From contig MGJK01000002.1 of NCBI GenBank assembly GCA_001794215.1, forward strand, positions 3,310 through 67,309: a stretch of DNA of 64,000 nt, in the 5' to 3' direction. Positions 39,929-48,971 of the stretch are shown here, piece by piece. Origin of the DNA: Candidatus Yanofskybacteria bacterium RIFCSPHIGHO2_01_FULL_44_24 (GTDB lineage: Bacteria > Patescibacteriota > Minisyncoccia > 2-02-FULL-40-12 > GWA2-44-9). Each line of letters opens with the position of its first letter. Positions within the stretch are counted from its first letter, which is position 1. The position numbers were made by a program, and so were the translations under genes. The notes under the pieces were generated by a model. It was not told the origin of the DNA and searched no databases. It saw only the letters and a program-made list of their open reading frames with translations.

Positions 39929-40886
39929 TAGTAAGAATGAATTTCGACAGAGAGTCCTCTAAGTTGACGGTTCCCTGCTTAGACCGGGTATCCATCTCCA
40001 AAAGTTTGCCATAAATTTTGACTAATTCCTGCGTATCGAATTTGGATATATTTTTCTTTATTTTGTTGGCTACATAGGGGTGTACGCCGGATTTTGATAT
40101 TAGGCTGTTAAGGGGAACATTTCTGGAGGCGATGTCTTTGACGGTGATTATATTTCTGAACTGGTATACAATCATCGACAAAATGTAGTAGGGGTCTCGC
40201 CCGGTCCATAGTTCTTTGTAAAGAAGTCCAAGGGCAAGGACTTTGTCTCTGGCCGCTATGGCATCGATCAGATCAAAGATGTTCATGTCAATCTTGGGAA
40301 CAATCAGGTTCGTTACGTCTTTTTCCCCGACCTCTTCTTGCTTTGTGTAATTAGCCAATTTTTCCACCTCATTCATCAGTTGCCAGCTGTCGTTACCGGT
40401 CAGCTCTATCAGTTTGTTCTTCCCTTCGGGGCTGATATGCTTGCCCCTTGTCTGAAATTCGTTCTCGATCCAGTCATGCAATTTTGAACCGGTCAGCGGT
40501 TCGAATGATTTGACCGTATTCTCCTTATTTAAAAGAAGGTCGAATAATTTACTGTTTTTTTCCGATAAATCTTTGCCGGACATGTTTTCTGAAATTAACA
40601 AAACTATATCCTTAGAATCGGCGATTTCATGTTTTCTCAAGATTCCTAATAATTCGGCCGACAGGTTTTTATTGGCAAAAAACCCTGATCCGGTTATAAG
40701 TTTCAGCTCGTTGAAGAAAGAGACGCTTTTGAGGGCATCCTCGAGAACGCTTGTATTTTCTTTATCTGAAAAGTCAAAATTAAAAATATTCAGACCGCTC
40801 TGGTATTTTTTTCTGTAACTGTCCTCCACTCTATCCCTATTCTGTTTTAGCCGGTACCCGTCGGAACCGTATAGGAAAATGATCAA
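39921..40886 (-). CDS. holA: DNA polymerase III subunit delta
   Basis: MIIFLYGSDGYRL N-terminus and the overall HolA architecture (~320 aa). Confidence 0.7.
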   Translation of the reverse strand: MIIFLYGSDGYRLKQNRDRVEDSYRKKYQSGLNIFNFDFSDKENTSVLEDALKSVSFFNELKLITGSGFFANKNLSAELLGILRKHEIADSKDIVLLISENMSGKDLSEKNSKLFDLLLNKENTVKSFEPLTGSKLHDWIENEFQTRGKHISPEGKNKLIELTGNDSWQLMNEVEKLANYTKQEEVGEKDVTNLIVPKIDMNIFDLIDAIAARDKVLALGLLYKELWTGRDPYYILSMIVYQFRNIITVKDIASRNVPLNSLISKSGVHPYVANKIKKNISKFDTQELVKIYGKLLEMDTRSKQGTVNLEDSLSKFILTIA

Positions 40887-40891
40887 CCGGA

Positions 40892-40919
40892 ATTTCTAAT
40901 TTCTAATTTCTAATTTCTA
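40892..40919. repeat. 7-bp tandem repeat (ATTTCTA x4)
   Basis: aatttctaatttctaatttctaatttctaa in the holA upstream intergenic region. Confidence 0.8.
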
Positions 40920-40973
40920 AACAAATTACTCACCTCCCTCTTTAGACCCATTAGATTAATTAGATCAATTAGG

Positions 40974-41996
40974 TCAATTTTCTGTAGTTATTTCTATCCA
41001 TTTTTTGCCGGGCAGGAATTCTATTTCCCGTCCGTCCCCGTCGTAAAAGTAAAGCTTGCCGGTTAAATCTTTGGAATTCTTTTGCCATCTTCCCGTCATG
41101 AGAATTCCATTCTGGTATATTTTCGCCACCCCTTCTCCGGCAACATCAACCGATATGTATAGTTCATTAATTACCCTTGACTTTGTTTCCAGAACAATAA
41201 TGGTCCGGGCCTCTATCGGTTTTCCTGAAAGCCTGTCAATTTCGGGGATATTTTTCCTGGTCCTTGCGTAGGTATTCGTATCCTTATTATACACCCATTT
41301 AACATTGAACGGCGGCCGGTAAAGATTTATTTCAGAGACAATATTTGAAAGGCTTCTCTCGCGCCGGTTTTTATCCGAGTGGATGTAGCCGGTAAATTCA
41401 TTTTGAAGATCGTAGCCAAGATTTTCGGACTTCTCTATGATGCTGAGGAGATTCGCAAATCCGTTATGAGGAGCTTTTACGCCCTTTTTTCTATAAAACA
41501 CCGTTCCCTCGTATTTCAACGCATCCACATTGTCTATTATTCCGCCATCAAGTCTGACGAGCGCTTCGCGTTCGCCTCCCCAATGAGCCAGTATAGCCCC
41601 CACTCCGGCGGCTAAGGGTATGAACTCATTTCGGGCCGATCTTATCGAACCTATTTCTGTCGGGCTTTTGCACTGAAAAACGGCCATCATCCGGGTTATT
41701 CCATTTGGAGCCACCGGCATTTCAAAAACCAGGTCAGCCTCTCCTATACCGGATAAAGGCTGGGCTATCAGGTCGCCGGCCATCATTACGGCTACCGGGC
41801 GCTTAGATCGGTTCGGACATTCTAAGCCTGATAAGTTTGAAATTTCTTTTTGCAAGCCGAGAAAGCCGGAAGATGCCGTTGGAAAATCATTGGATATTTC
41901 AAATTTGGTATTCCACCATATAAAAAATGCCCCGACTAAAACGGCTATCATGACTCCCGCTATTATCAGAATTTTATTTATGTTTGATTCGGGCAT
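40974..41996 (-). CDS. membrane-anchored DUF3048-like protein
   Basis: N-terminal TM segment. Motifs …ADLVFEMPVAPNGITRMMAVFQ… recall DUF3048/YerB-type lipoproteins. Confidence 0.45.
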   Translation of the reverse strand: MPESNINKILIIAGVMIAVLVGAFFIWWNTKFEISNDFPTASSGFLGLQKEISNLSGLECPNRSKRPVAVMMAGDLIAQPLSGIGEADLVFEMPVAPNGITRMMAVFQCKSPTEIGSIRSARNEFIPLAAGVGAILAHWGGEREALVRLDGGIIDNVDALKYEGTVFYRKKGVKAPHNGFANLLSIIEKSENLGYDLQNEFTGYIHSDKNRRERSLSNIVSEINLYRPPFNVKWVYNKDTNTYARTRKNIPEIDRLSGKPIEARTIIVLETKSRVINELYISVDVAGEGVAKIYQNGILMTGRWQKNSKDLTGKLYFYDGDGREIEFLPGKKWIEITTEN

Positions 41997-41998
41997 GA

Positions 41999-42964
41999 TT
42001 ATTTTAATTTTTGATGCTTGGGGCAGAAGTGTGCCGAACGTCCTCCGACTCTGATCCTCTTTATGGTTCCTCCGTCATTTTTCCCGCATTTTTTACCGGT
42101 TTGCTGATAGGCGCATTGCACTTCTTGATAACCGCCTTTTTCTCCCGAGGGCAGGCGGTAATCATCCATACTGTCACCCTTGTAATTTATCGCCTTTCGG
42201 AGGATTTTAACAGTCGATTTGCGTATTTTTTCGATGTCTCGGGGCTTTAAATTTTCAACGCGGCTGAGCGGATGGCACCCAGAGTCCCAAAGTATTTCAT
42301 CGCTATAAATATTGCCTATGCCGGCGATGAATTTCGGGTCCATCAATACCGGCTTTAGGCGTCCTCTTTTTGAAATGAATAAAGACAGGAATTTTTTAGC
42401 GTCTATTTCAAGGGGTTCCGGCCCCAGTTCTTTTATTTCTTTAAGATTCGGCAGATCGGCGTCTTTAACCAGCATAACCTTGCTGAATCTTCTCAGGTCA
42501 GACATAGCCATCTGGCCGCCGTTTCCGAAGGTCCATAGGTAGCGGATGTATTGATTTTCTCGGTCTTTCTTAAGGGGTCCGGAAATTGCCGAGATCCATC
42601 TTCGTTTTGAATTGTGCATTTTGCCCGCCCGCCGAAGCCTTGGCGAAGGAGGGAATCTTGAATTTGTTTCGAGTTTGGGATTTAGGATTTCGGATTTCAT
42701 TTTCCAGCGCCCGTACATCAGGTGGCCGGATATTTTTTGGTGGATAAATATGGTCTTATCCCCTTCTATGTCTATGACGATATATTTCGCTCTTCGATTG
42801 ATGCTTAATACCTTCTTATTTCTTATTTCTTTAAGAAAAGCTCTAGATCCGCCGGCCTGTTTCAGGGGTTTTTCTCTGTCAGTCCAAAAATCGGTTATTT
42901 TCAAACCGACTATCTTCTTACGCAGTTCTCTGACTATTGTTTCAACTTCGGGCAATTCCGGCAT
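41999..42964 (-). CDS. mutM: formamidopyrimidine-DNA glycosylase
   Basis: N-terminal MPELPEVE (catalytic Pro2/Glu3), H2TH region, and a C-terminal zinc finger C…C…C…HFC. A ~50-aa basic insertion makes it 321 aa. Confidence 0.85.
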   Translation of the reverse strand: MPELPEVETIVRELRKKIVGLKITDFWTDREKPLKQAGGSRAFLKEIRNKKVLSINRRAKYIVIDIEGDKTIFIHQKISGHLMYGRWKMKSEILNPKLETNSRFPPSPRLRRAGKMHNSKRRWISAISGPLKKDRENQYIRYLWTFGNGGQMAMSDLRRFSKVMLVKDADLPNLKEIKELGPEPLEIDAKKFLSLFISKRGRLKPVLMDPKFIAGIGNIYSDEILWDSGCHPLSRVENLKPRDIEKIRKSTVKILRKAINYKGDSMDDYRLPSGEKGGYQEVQCAYQQTGKKCGKNDGGTIKRIRVGGRSAHFCPKHQKLK

Positions 42965-43000
42965 AGGTATTTGTCCTCCATCATATCCGACGGCCGTTAA

Positions 43001-43254
43001 AATGATTCTCCCCGGCTACCCGCCTCGCTCGCCTTGGCGTAGCCACGCTACAGCGAAGCCAGGCCGAAGACGTCGAGTCGAGGTAAGCAGGCCCGGGGTA
43101 TCCTATCGGATACCATGAGTCGCATAGCCATTCGGCTATATTTGATTGCGACTCGGAGATACTGTTAGCCCCTCCGTCCCGTTAAGGCGGGACTACGGGC
43201 TTAGCTTCATCCGCGGGCTTACGCCCGCGGTATTCGCCTAAGGGCTAATAAAAA
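43001..43254. other. GC-rich (~58% GC) hairpin-dense non-coding element, candidate structured ncRNA or small inserted element
   Basis: Multiple perfect hairpins (CCGCGGGC-TTAC-GCCCGCGG, GGTATCC-TATC-GGATACC, GTCCCG-TTAAGG-CGGGAC, ATAGCC-ATTC-GGCTAT). Its end blocks recur at 52524-52576. Confidence 0.45.
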
Positions 43255-43255
43255 T

Positions 43256-43271
43256 CCGGTAATATTACCGG
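43256..43271. terminator. 16-bp perfect palindrome CCGGTAATATTACCGG just after stop of ORF 43284..43565
   Basis: Seen directly. Confidence 0.4.
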
Positions 43272-43283
43272 AACTTCAGAGCT

Positions 43284-43565
43284 TCAATGAATGGTAGGAG
43301 GTTCTAACTTAACTACGTCAATTTCGATTAGCGGCTTTGGAACAATTACCAAGCCTTGTTTGCCGAATTCCTCTATTATTTCCGAGAGTTCCTGCTTTTC
43401 TTCTGCGGTAGCGCCGTCAAGAATTATTTCCCAGGCGTTTCGATAAGCATTGTCCATCTTTTTCAGCAGGATTCTATGGATGATATCCCAGAAACGTTCG
43501 AAATCTTCCCGCTCCTCTGTCGTGAGGCTGTCGGGGTCTACTTTGCGCGTCGGTCCTAAAATCAT
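43284..43565 (-). CDS. hypothetical acidic protein (93 aa)
   Basis: ORF only. Lies 10 nt downstream of polA. Confidence 0.4.
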   Translation of the reverse strand: MILGPTRKVDPDSLTTEEREDFERFWDIIHRILLKKMDNAYRNAWEIILDGATAEEKQELSEIIEEFGKQGLVIVPKPLIEIDVVKLEPPTIH

Positions 43566-43575
43566 TGCTAAGCCT

Positions 43576-46308
43576 CTATAAAGGAGCCATGTCTACCCAA
43601 TTATACCCGCATTTTAGGTCGACCGTCAATGGCACGTTCAGCTTATATATGTTCTCCATAATATTTTTTATTTTGAATCCGGCTTTTTCGGCTAAATTAT
43701 CTTTGATTTCAAATAAAAGTTCGTCGTGGATTTGAAGGAGCATCTTAACGTCTCCCGGCTGATAGTCGGAGTTGATAAGCTTTTCTATTTTTATCATGGC
43801 TAACTTAAGAAGATCGGCTTCGGTGCCCTGGACGGGCATATTGATCGCCATGCGCTCGGCCTGGCTCATTAGCTGGGGAATTCCCGATCTGATCTCCGGC
43901 AAATACCTTTTACGTCCGAATATCGTTTCCACGTAGCCGTCTTTTCTTGCTTTAGTTCTCATCGATTCCATATATTGAGCTACGCCGTCGAATTCGGTCA
44001 TATACCGGTCTATAAATTCTCGAGCCCTGTCCTTTGAGACTCCCGAAGCTCGCTGGAAACCGGTTATTCCCATTCCATAAAGTAGGCCGAAATTCATGGC
44101 TTTCGCCTCCCGGCGCATACTTGGGGTTACTTTATCCGGGTCAACTTCAAAAATCTCCGCTGCTGTCCGGGTATGTATGTCCTCTCCTCTCTTAAACGCC
44201 GCCGTCATTTTTTTATCTCCGGAAATATGAGCGGCGATTCGGAGTTCAAGCTGTGAATAATCCAAAGAAACGAGCTTGTATTTCGGCGAAGCGATAAAGG
44301 ACCGGCGGAACTCCTGTCCCAATTCTGTTTTAACGGGTATATTTTGAAGATTCGGATCCTGACTCGACAAACGGCCGGTAACTGTCCCCGTCTGGTTCAG
44401 GGTGGTATGAATCCTTTCAGTCTTGGGATCGATAAGTTCCGGAAAAGGATCTATGTATGTAGTTTTCAGTTTTTGAAGCTCTCGGTATTTTAGGATTAGA
44501 TCTATTATTGGATGCTGTTCAGAAAGCTTCTCGAGTTCGCCGGCCGCCGTTGATAAAGCTCCTCCGGCAGTTTTCCTTATCTTCCCGCTCATCTTAAGCT
44601 TTTCAAATATTATTTCTTTCAGCTGTTGGGGGGAGTTGATGTTAAATTTCGTGCCAGCGTATCTATATATTTTACTCTCTAATTTTGAAAGTTCTTTATT
44701 TGTCGATTGGGACAGCTTTTTAAGCATTTTTACATCTATTCTTATCCCGAAAAGCTCCATCTCGGCCAATATGGATACCAGGGGCATTTCTATAGTTTCA
44801 AACACCTCGACGAGACTCTCGGCCTTCATTTTTTCCTCGAAAACCTTTTTCAGTCGCCAGATAGCCGATATTCGGTTTGATCTATCCGGTCTTAGATCTT
44901 CGTTGAATTGATTCAGATAGACTAAGCCCAGGTCATAATCTTTTCGATCCGGTTTTAAGAGGTAGGCGGCTATTTTGGTATCAAAAAATAACCCTTTTGC
45001 GCTAACCCCTATCTTTAAAAATTTTTTGATGGGAAGCTTGAGGTCGTGCCCTACTTTAGCCGTTGAAGGATTTTCTATCAGGGAGCTAAAAGTCTGGCGG
45101 AGTTTTAAGACCTCAGATCCGGTTCCAGTCAGGTTATTTAAATCAAAGCCAAAACACTCCTTATTTTCCCCTCCAAAAATGAAATAATCATCCTGGATAT
45201 CAAGCGCAAATTCTTTCAATCCCCCCATTGAGACAAGGGCGTTTTTGATATCTTCTTTCTTGGAGCAGTGCCGGAAAGAGGAACTTTCCGTTTCTGGCGG
45301 GGCGATCAGCGAGGCTTGGTAGGTTTCTTCTTGGCCGATAACGCCGGATTCCCCGAGGCGCTTGATAAGACTGAAAAATCCCAATTCCTTGAATAATTTC
45401 TCTATCCCTTGGTAGTCTAAATTGGCTTTCCAGTCTGTTTTTTCGAGGCTGAAATCAATTTCGACATTACGGATAATTGTCGCTAATTTTTTTGAAAAAA
45501 ACGCCTGGTCTTTATTTTCTTGGAGCTTTTGTATCAGTTTTTCCGATAAAGGTTTTATTATGCCCTCTCTTTGTTTTTTGGAAATTGGAAATTGGAAATT
45601 GGAAATTGCCTTATACAAACCCTCAATATTCCCAAAAGTTTGTATAAGGGCGGAGGCGGTCTTCTCCCCTATCCCCGGTACCCCCGGTATGTTATCGGAA
45701 GGATCGCCCTTAAGGCCCTTGTAATCCGTGACTTGGTCGGGATTCAGTCCGTATCTTTCCCTAACCCCCTTTTCGTCGTAAATGATTGTATCGGTCAGGC
45801 CTTTGCGTAAAGTGAAAACGACAACTCGGTCCTTATCAACTAATTGAAGAGTATCCAGGTCGCCGGTTACGATAATGACCTGAAGTCCGCCGGCCGGAGG
45901 GGTCTTTTTGGCTACCTCGGCCAAAGTGCCTATCAAGTCGTCAGCTTCAAAGCCCGGTTTCTCATAGATCGGTATGCCGAATTTTTCCAAGATGTTCTTG
46001 GTCATCGGTATCTGATTGTAGAGTTCGTCCGGAGCTTTTTCCCTGTGGGCTTTGTATTCTTCGAATTCTTCATGACGAAAAGTGGGTCCGGCCAAGTCAT
46101 AGGTTGCGGCTATATAATCGGGCTTGAGATCTTTCAGCATTTTCAGAAGAACAGAAGTAAAACCGTAAACAGCATTAGTTAAGACTCCTTTAGGCGAGGT
46201 AAGGCTTGGAGGAAGGGCGTGGAATGCCCTATGGACGAGGGCGTTTGAGTCTATTAGGATAAGCTTTTTCACTTCTTCGCTCCTTGATGAGCTTCGAAGT
46301 GCGGGCAT
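43576..46308 (-). CDS. polA: DNA polymerase I
   Basis: 5'-3' exonuclease N-terminus (LILIDSNALVHRAFHAL) and the polymerase palm motifs (…RRSAKAxNFGxxYG-like REAKAMNFGLLYGM; QIHDELLFE). Confidence 0.9.
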   Translation of the reverse strand: MPALRSSSRSEEVKKLILIDSNALVHRAFHALPPSLTSPKGVLTNAVYGFTSVLLKMLKDLKPDYIAATYDLAGPTFRHEEFEEYKAHREKAPDELYNQIPMTKNILEKFGIPIYEKPGFEADDLIGTLAEVAKKTPPAGGLQVIIVTGDLDTLQLVDKDRVVVFTLRKGLTDTIIYDEKGVRERYGLNPDQVTDYKGLKGDPSDNIPGVPGIGEKTASALIQTFGNIEGLYKAISNFQFPISKKQREGIIKPLSEKLIQKLQENKDQAFFSKKLATIIRNVEIDFSLEKTDWKANLDYQGIEKLFKELGFFSLIKRLGESGVIGQEETYQASLIAPPETESSSFRHCSKKEDIKNALVSMGGLKEFALDIQDDYFIFGGENKECFGFDLNNLTGTGSEVLKLRQTFSSLIENPSTAKVGHDLKLPIKKFLKIGVSAKGLFFDTKIAAYLLKPDRKDYDLGLVYLNQFNEDLRPDRSNRISAIWRLKKVFEEKMKAESLVEVFETIEMPLVSILAEMELFGIRIDVKMLKKLSQSTNKELSKLESKIYRYAGTKFNINSPQQLKEIIFEKLKMSGKIRKTAGGALSTAAGELEKLSEQHPIIDLILKYRELQKLKTTYIDPFPELIDPKTERIHTTLNQTGTVTGRLSSQDPNLQNIPVKTELGQEFRRSFIASPKYKLVSLDYSQLELRIAAHISGDKKMTAAFKRGEDIHTRTAAEIFEVDPDKVTPSMRREAKAMNFGLLYGMGITGFQRASGVSKDRAREFIDRYMTEFDGVAQYMESMRTKARKDGYVETIFGRKRYLPEIRSGIPQLMSQAERMAINMPVQGTEADLLKLAMIKIEKLINSDYQPGDVKMLLQIHDELLFEIKDNLAEKAGFKIKNIMENIYKLNVPLTVDLKCGYNWVDMAPL
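45580..45607. repeat. 7-bp tandem repeat (GGAAATT x4) inside polA coding sequence
   Basis: ggaaattggaaattggaaattggaaatt. Encodes …NFQFPIS… on the minus strand. Confidence 0.8.
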
Positions 46309-46395
46309 TTCTACTTGGAGCGCTCGTGCTGCGTAGCAATTGCTATTTCGCAGAGCAGTGAAGAAGTGCCCTTCCGAAGCTTTAGCGCAGGAGGG

Positions 46396-46842
46396 TTAAT
46401 AAAAATTAATCGATAATTTACGTTCGTTTTGGGAAATGTGGTCGATATGTATTTTGATAAGTTTTTTAGGAAGGATGGGTCTTATCCGGTCCGACCACTC
46501 TATGAGTATTATATTTTCGGGCGAGGCTAAAATGTCTTTTACGCCCAAGACAGCGAGATCCCTATGGTCTTTTAAGCGGTAGCAGTCAATATGGTATAAA
46601 ATTTTGAAATTCTTTGATTGGGGAATCTCATAATGTTTTATGAGAGAAAATGTCGGACTCTTTAGTTTCGTTCTTATTTTGAAGGCCCGAGCCAATCCCT
46701 GAACAAAGGTGGTTTTACCGGCGCCTAACTCCCCTTCCAGGGCAACTACTAACCCTTTTTTAGGATTTGGCCGATCAATTTTATTAAGTATTTTCTTGGC
46801 TAAATCTTTTGTTTCTTTGGCCCCTTTAGTTCTATAAATCAT
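46396..46842 (-). CDS. tsaE: tRNA threonylcarbamoyladenosine biosynthesis protein TsaE
   Basis: P-loop LEGELGAGKTTFVQG and a size of ~148 aa. Confidence 0.75.
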   Translation of the reverse strand: MIYRTKGAKETKDLAKKILNKIDRPNPKKGLVVALEGELGAGKTTFVQGLARAFKIRTKLKSPTFSLIKHYEIPQSKNFKILYHIDCYRLKDHRDLAVLGVKDILASPENIILIEWSDRIRPILPKKLIKIHIDHISQNERKLSINFY

Positions 46843-46893
46843 AGCTAATCTTAACATATATAAGGGACTGCTGCCGAATAGCATTTCTACTCC

Positions 46894-47035
46894 AACTTTC
46901 AGATTTCGGCTATGCCCTTGCAGAAATTGCTCGACAGATACACTGTATATGCCTCACAATTTCTGCTTCGGCTCGCTTCAAGGCGAAGGTTCACGGGAGG
47001 AACTTCCCGGGAATCGCCTCCGAAATCTGAAAGTT
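46894..47035. repeat. 142-bp element bounded by perfect 16-bp inverted repeats (AACTTTCAGATTTCGG … CCGAAATCTGAAAGTT) with nested internal IRs
   Basis: Seen directly. Internal GCAGAAATTG…CAATTTCTGC and TCCCGGGA palindromes. Confidence 0.6.
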
Positions 47036-47137
47036 TCGCTGCGAAAGCCTATTCGGCAGCAGTCCCTTTAAGACACGAAAAAAGTCGTGTCCGCGACGGC
47101 CAAGCTGGAGCTTGGTTGCAGACACGACTTGCAGATC

Positions 47138-47956
47138 TCACCGAAACTCGAGAGTCGAGCCCCGGGGCACGTTGCGCGCCCACTTCCGCTCGACTTTACC
47201 CGCGCTGGTGAACACGGTGTAGACGGCGCGGTATCCTTCTTTCGGCAGGCCGACGCGGATCCCCTCGCCTGGAGCGATGACGATATCGGTGGCCGTTTGG
47301 CCATCGAACACCTCCATCGTTTCCGACTTCATGTTGACGAGGGTCAACGGTCCGTCACCGGTGATTTGGATATCGACCGGTGGCGTCTGATTCGCAGATG
47401 CAGATCTGGGTCCTATGGCGGGGCCGAACTGGTCGCGGTATCCGTATCCGGGCTGGCCCGAGTAGAACTCACAGGCTTCGTCGGGATTCGAATAGTACTT
47501 TGAATCCTGAAGAACCGCGATTGCCGCTCCTCCGGCCGCCCCATACGCTGCACCCTTCTTGCCGCCGAGGATGGCGCCGAGAACGGTCGTTCCGATGACG
47601 GTTCCGATCCCTCTCTCCACGCGTTGCGTTTTGGTCTTTAGTTCCCGACCGCACGCGTCGAGCATGGGGTTGAACTGCCGGCCGCTGTACCGGCCGTAAT
47701 ACCCTCCCTGCGGGTTCCAATCAAGGTACCCATAGTTCGGGAAAGAACGGCGGTATTGCTGATACTGTCGGTAGTCGTTGTACCCGCCGGGCATCGGCTG
47801 GGGCAGCGGATACCCGCCATATGACATTCCGGGGTTTTGACCCCAGACCATGCAGGTTCCTGACGTTGCCATGACGAGGCACTGGGCCTCAGCCTTGGCC
47901 GGCACGACGCCGATCAGGGCGATCGCGACAACGATTGCGAACACGATCTTCTTCAT
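47138..47956 (-). CDS. secreted Gly/Tyr/Pro-rich protein encoded by a ~60% GC gene (compositionally foreign)
   Basis: Signal peptide MKKIVFAIVVAIALIGVVPAKA, low-complexity GYxxY repeats, and a C-terminal globular part. GC content is far above the surrounding DNA. Confidence 0.55.
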   Translation of the reverse strand: MKKIVFAIVVAIALIGVVPAKAEAQCLVMATSGTCMVWGQNPGMSYGGYPLPQPMPGGYNDYRQYQQYRRSFPNYGYLDWNPQGGYYGRYSGRQFNPMLDACGRELKTKTQRVERGIGTVIGTTVLGAILGGKKGAAYGAAGGAAIAVLQDSKYYSNPDEACEFYSGQPGYGYRDQFGPAIGPRSASANQTPPVDIQITGDGPLTLVNMKSETMEVFDGQTATDIVIAPGEGIRVGLPKEGYRAVYTVFTSAGKVERKWARNVPRGSTLEFR

Positions 47957-48013
47957 CTTCTCTTCTCCTCGGCCATTTCTGGCCAGTTTTCAAGGGTCTT
48001 ACTCCTTGCTTAT

Positions 48014-48042
48014 ATTATATCAAATTTCAACCTATTTGTAAA
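48014..48042 (-). promoter_or_regulatory. sigma70-type promoter for the GC-rich gene (TTTACA-17-TATAAT on minus strand)
   Basis: Minus strand reads cccTTTACAaataggttgaaatttgaTATAATataagc, ~60 nt upstream of the start codon. Confidence 0.5.
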
Positions 48043-48082
48043 GGGCTAAAAATGAGCCAAAATAGCTGTTTACAAAGCACTA

Positions 48083-48098
48083 TGTTCCGCGCGAAACT
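48083..48098. promoter_or_regulatory. palindromic motif copy 1 (TGTTCCGCGCGAAACT, imperfect)
   Basis: Lies ~40 nt upstream of the -35 of the promoter above. Confidence 0.4.
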
Positions 48099-48420
48099 AT
48101 CATAAAATTATGTCAATTGAGGGGCGGAGACCTTAGCATCTGAAGGGGGATTTCCCGGGCCGATTATTTAAACACTAAGCGAAGCCTTAACCCGATGAAC
48201 GGATTTATAAAAAACCAAGGCGAAGCCCCCTTGTCATTCTGAAGCATTTGAGACTTCCGAAACAACAGCCCAAGCGAGGCCGTAATCCATGAAGGGATTT
48301 ACGGAAATCGACCGGATTGAGTAAAAGGAGAAATTTCAGTAGAAATTTACTCCGTGCCCTTTATGGATTATGGCCAAGCGTTTTTATGGTGTACCTCGAA
48401 TAAGCCAAGGCTGAGTGTCT

Positions 48421-48789
48421 CTATATCTCGACATTCTTAAAATGTTTAATCTTTGCCACTCCCCTATTCTTATCAAAGACAAGAGAAATAATATCGACTT
48501 GCCATTCCTGGTTGGAGCCGATTTTTTTATCGGTCAGGTAAGTTTGGGCCGTACGAACAACTTTTTTCATTTTTTCTCTGTCAGCTCTTGTTTCAGGTTC
48601 GAACCCTGCGATATCGGCCGTGTTTGCTTTTACTTCAACAAAAACCAATACCTCATCTTTTTCGACGATCAAATCTATCTCGCCCCAAGGTTTTTTATAG
48701 TTTTGAGCTAATATTCGGTAGCCTTTAGATGCAAGATATTGTGCGACATAGCCCTCGGCTATAAATCCAATTTCAGATATTTTTGTCAT
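48421..48789 (-). CDS. yraN: YraN/UPF0102 family endonuclease
   Basis: …WGEIDLIVEKDEVLVFVEVKA… core of the UPF0102 family. 122 aa. Confidence 0.75.
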   Translation of the reverse strand: MTKISEIGFIAEGYVAQYLASKGYRILAQNYKKPWGEIDLIVEKDEVLVFVEVKANTADIAGFEPETRADREKMKKVVRTAQTYLTDKKIGSNQEWQVDIISLVFDKNRGVAKIKHFKNVEI

Positions 48790-48971
48790 TACAATAATCT
48801 ACATTTTTATACCCCCAATATCAACAAAGATTGATTGACATTGGAGGGTAAATAATGGTAGATTTACAGCGTAATTCTCATGCGGAGAATTTTTCTATTT
48901 TAGGGAGTTTTTAAGAGTTTGCGGCTTAAAAAACTACTATTGATACTAAATTCAACAAAATAAAGTCTTTT

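Noticed and set aside
43001-43254. GC-rich structured element as RNase P RNA, tmRNA, SRP RNA or 6S RNA
   Set aside because: None of the diagnostic conserved blocks could be found on either strand by eye. Those are GGAAAGUCCGG / ACAGAACCCGGCUUA for RNase P, the tRNA-like GGUUCGA…CCA end of tmRNA, and GGAAGGAAGCAGC for SRP RNA. It is left as an unclassified element.
40892-45607. 7-bp tandem repeats as CRISPR-like arrays
   Set aside because: The units are only 7 bp with no spacers and no cas genes. They are simple microsatellite-type tandem repeats. No CRISPR array is present in the window.
46912-47503. Plus-strand ORFs 46912..47211 and 47087..47503, and minus-strand ORFs 47068..47304 and 47469..47720
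   Set aside because: These are stop-free frames typical of high-GC DNA, overlapping the better-supported 47138..47956 gene. They have no start context or homology.
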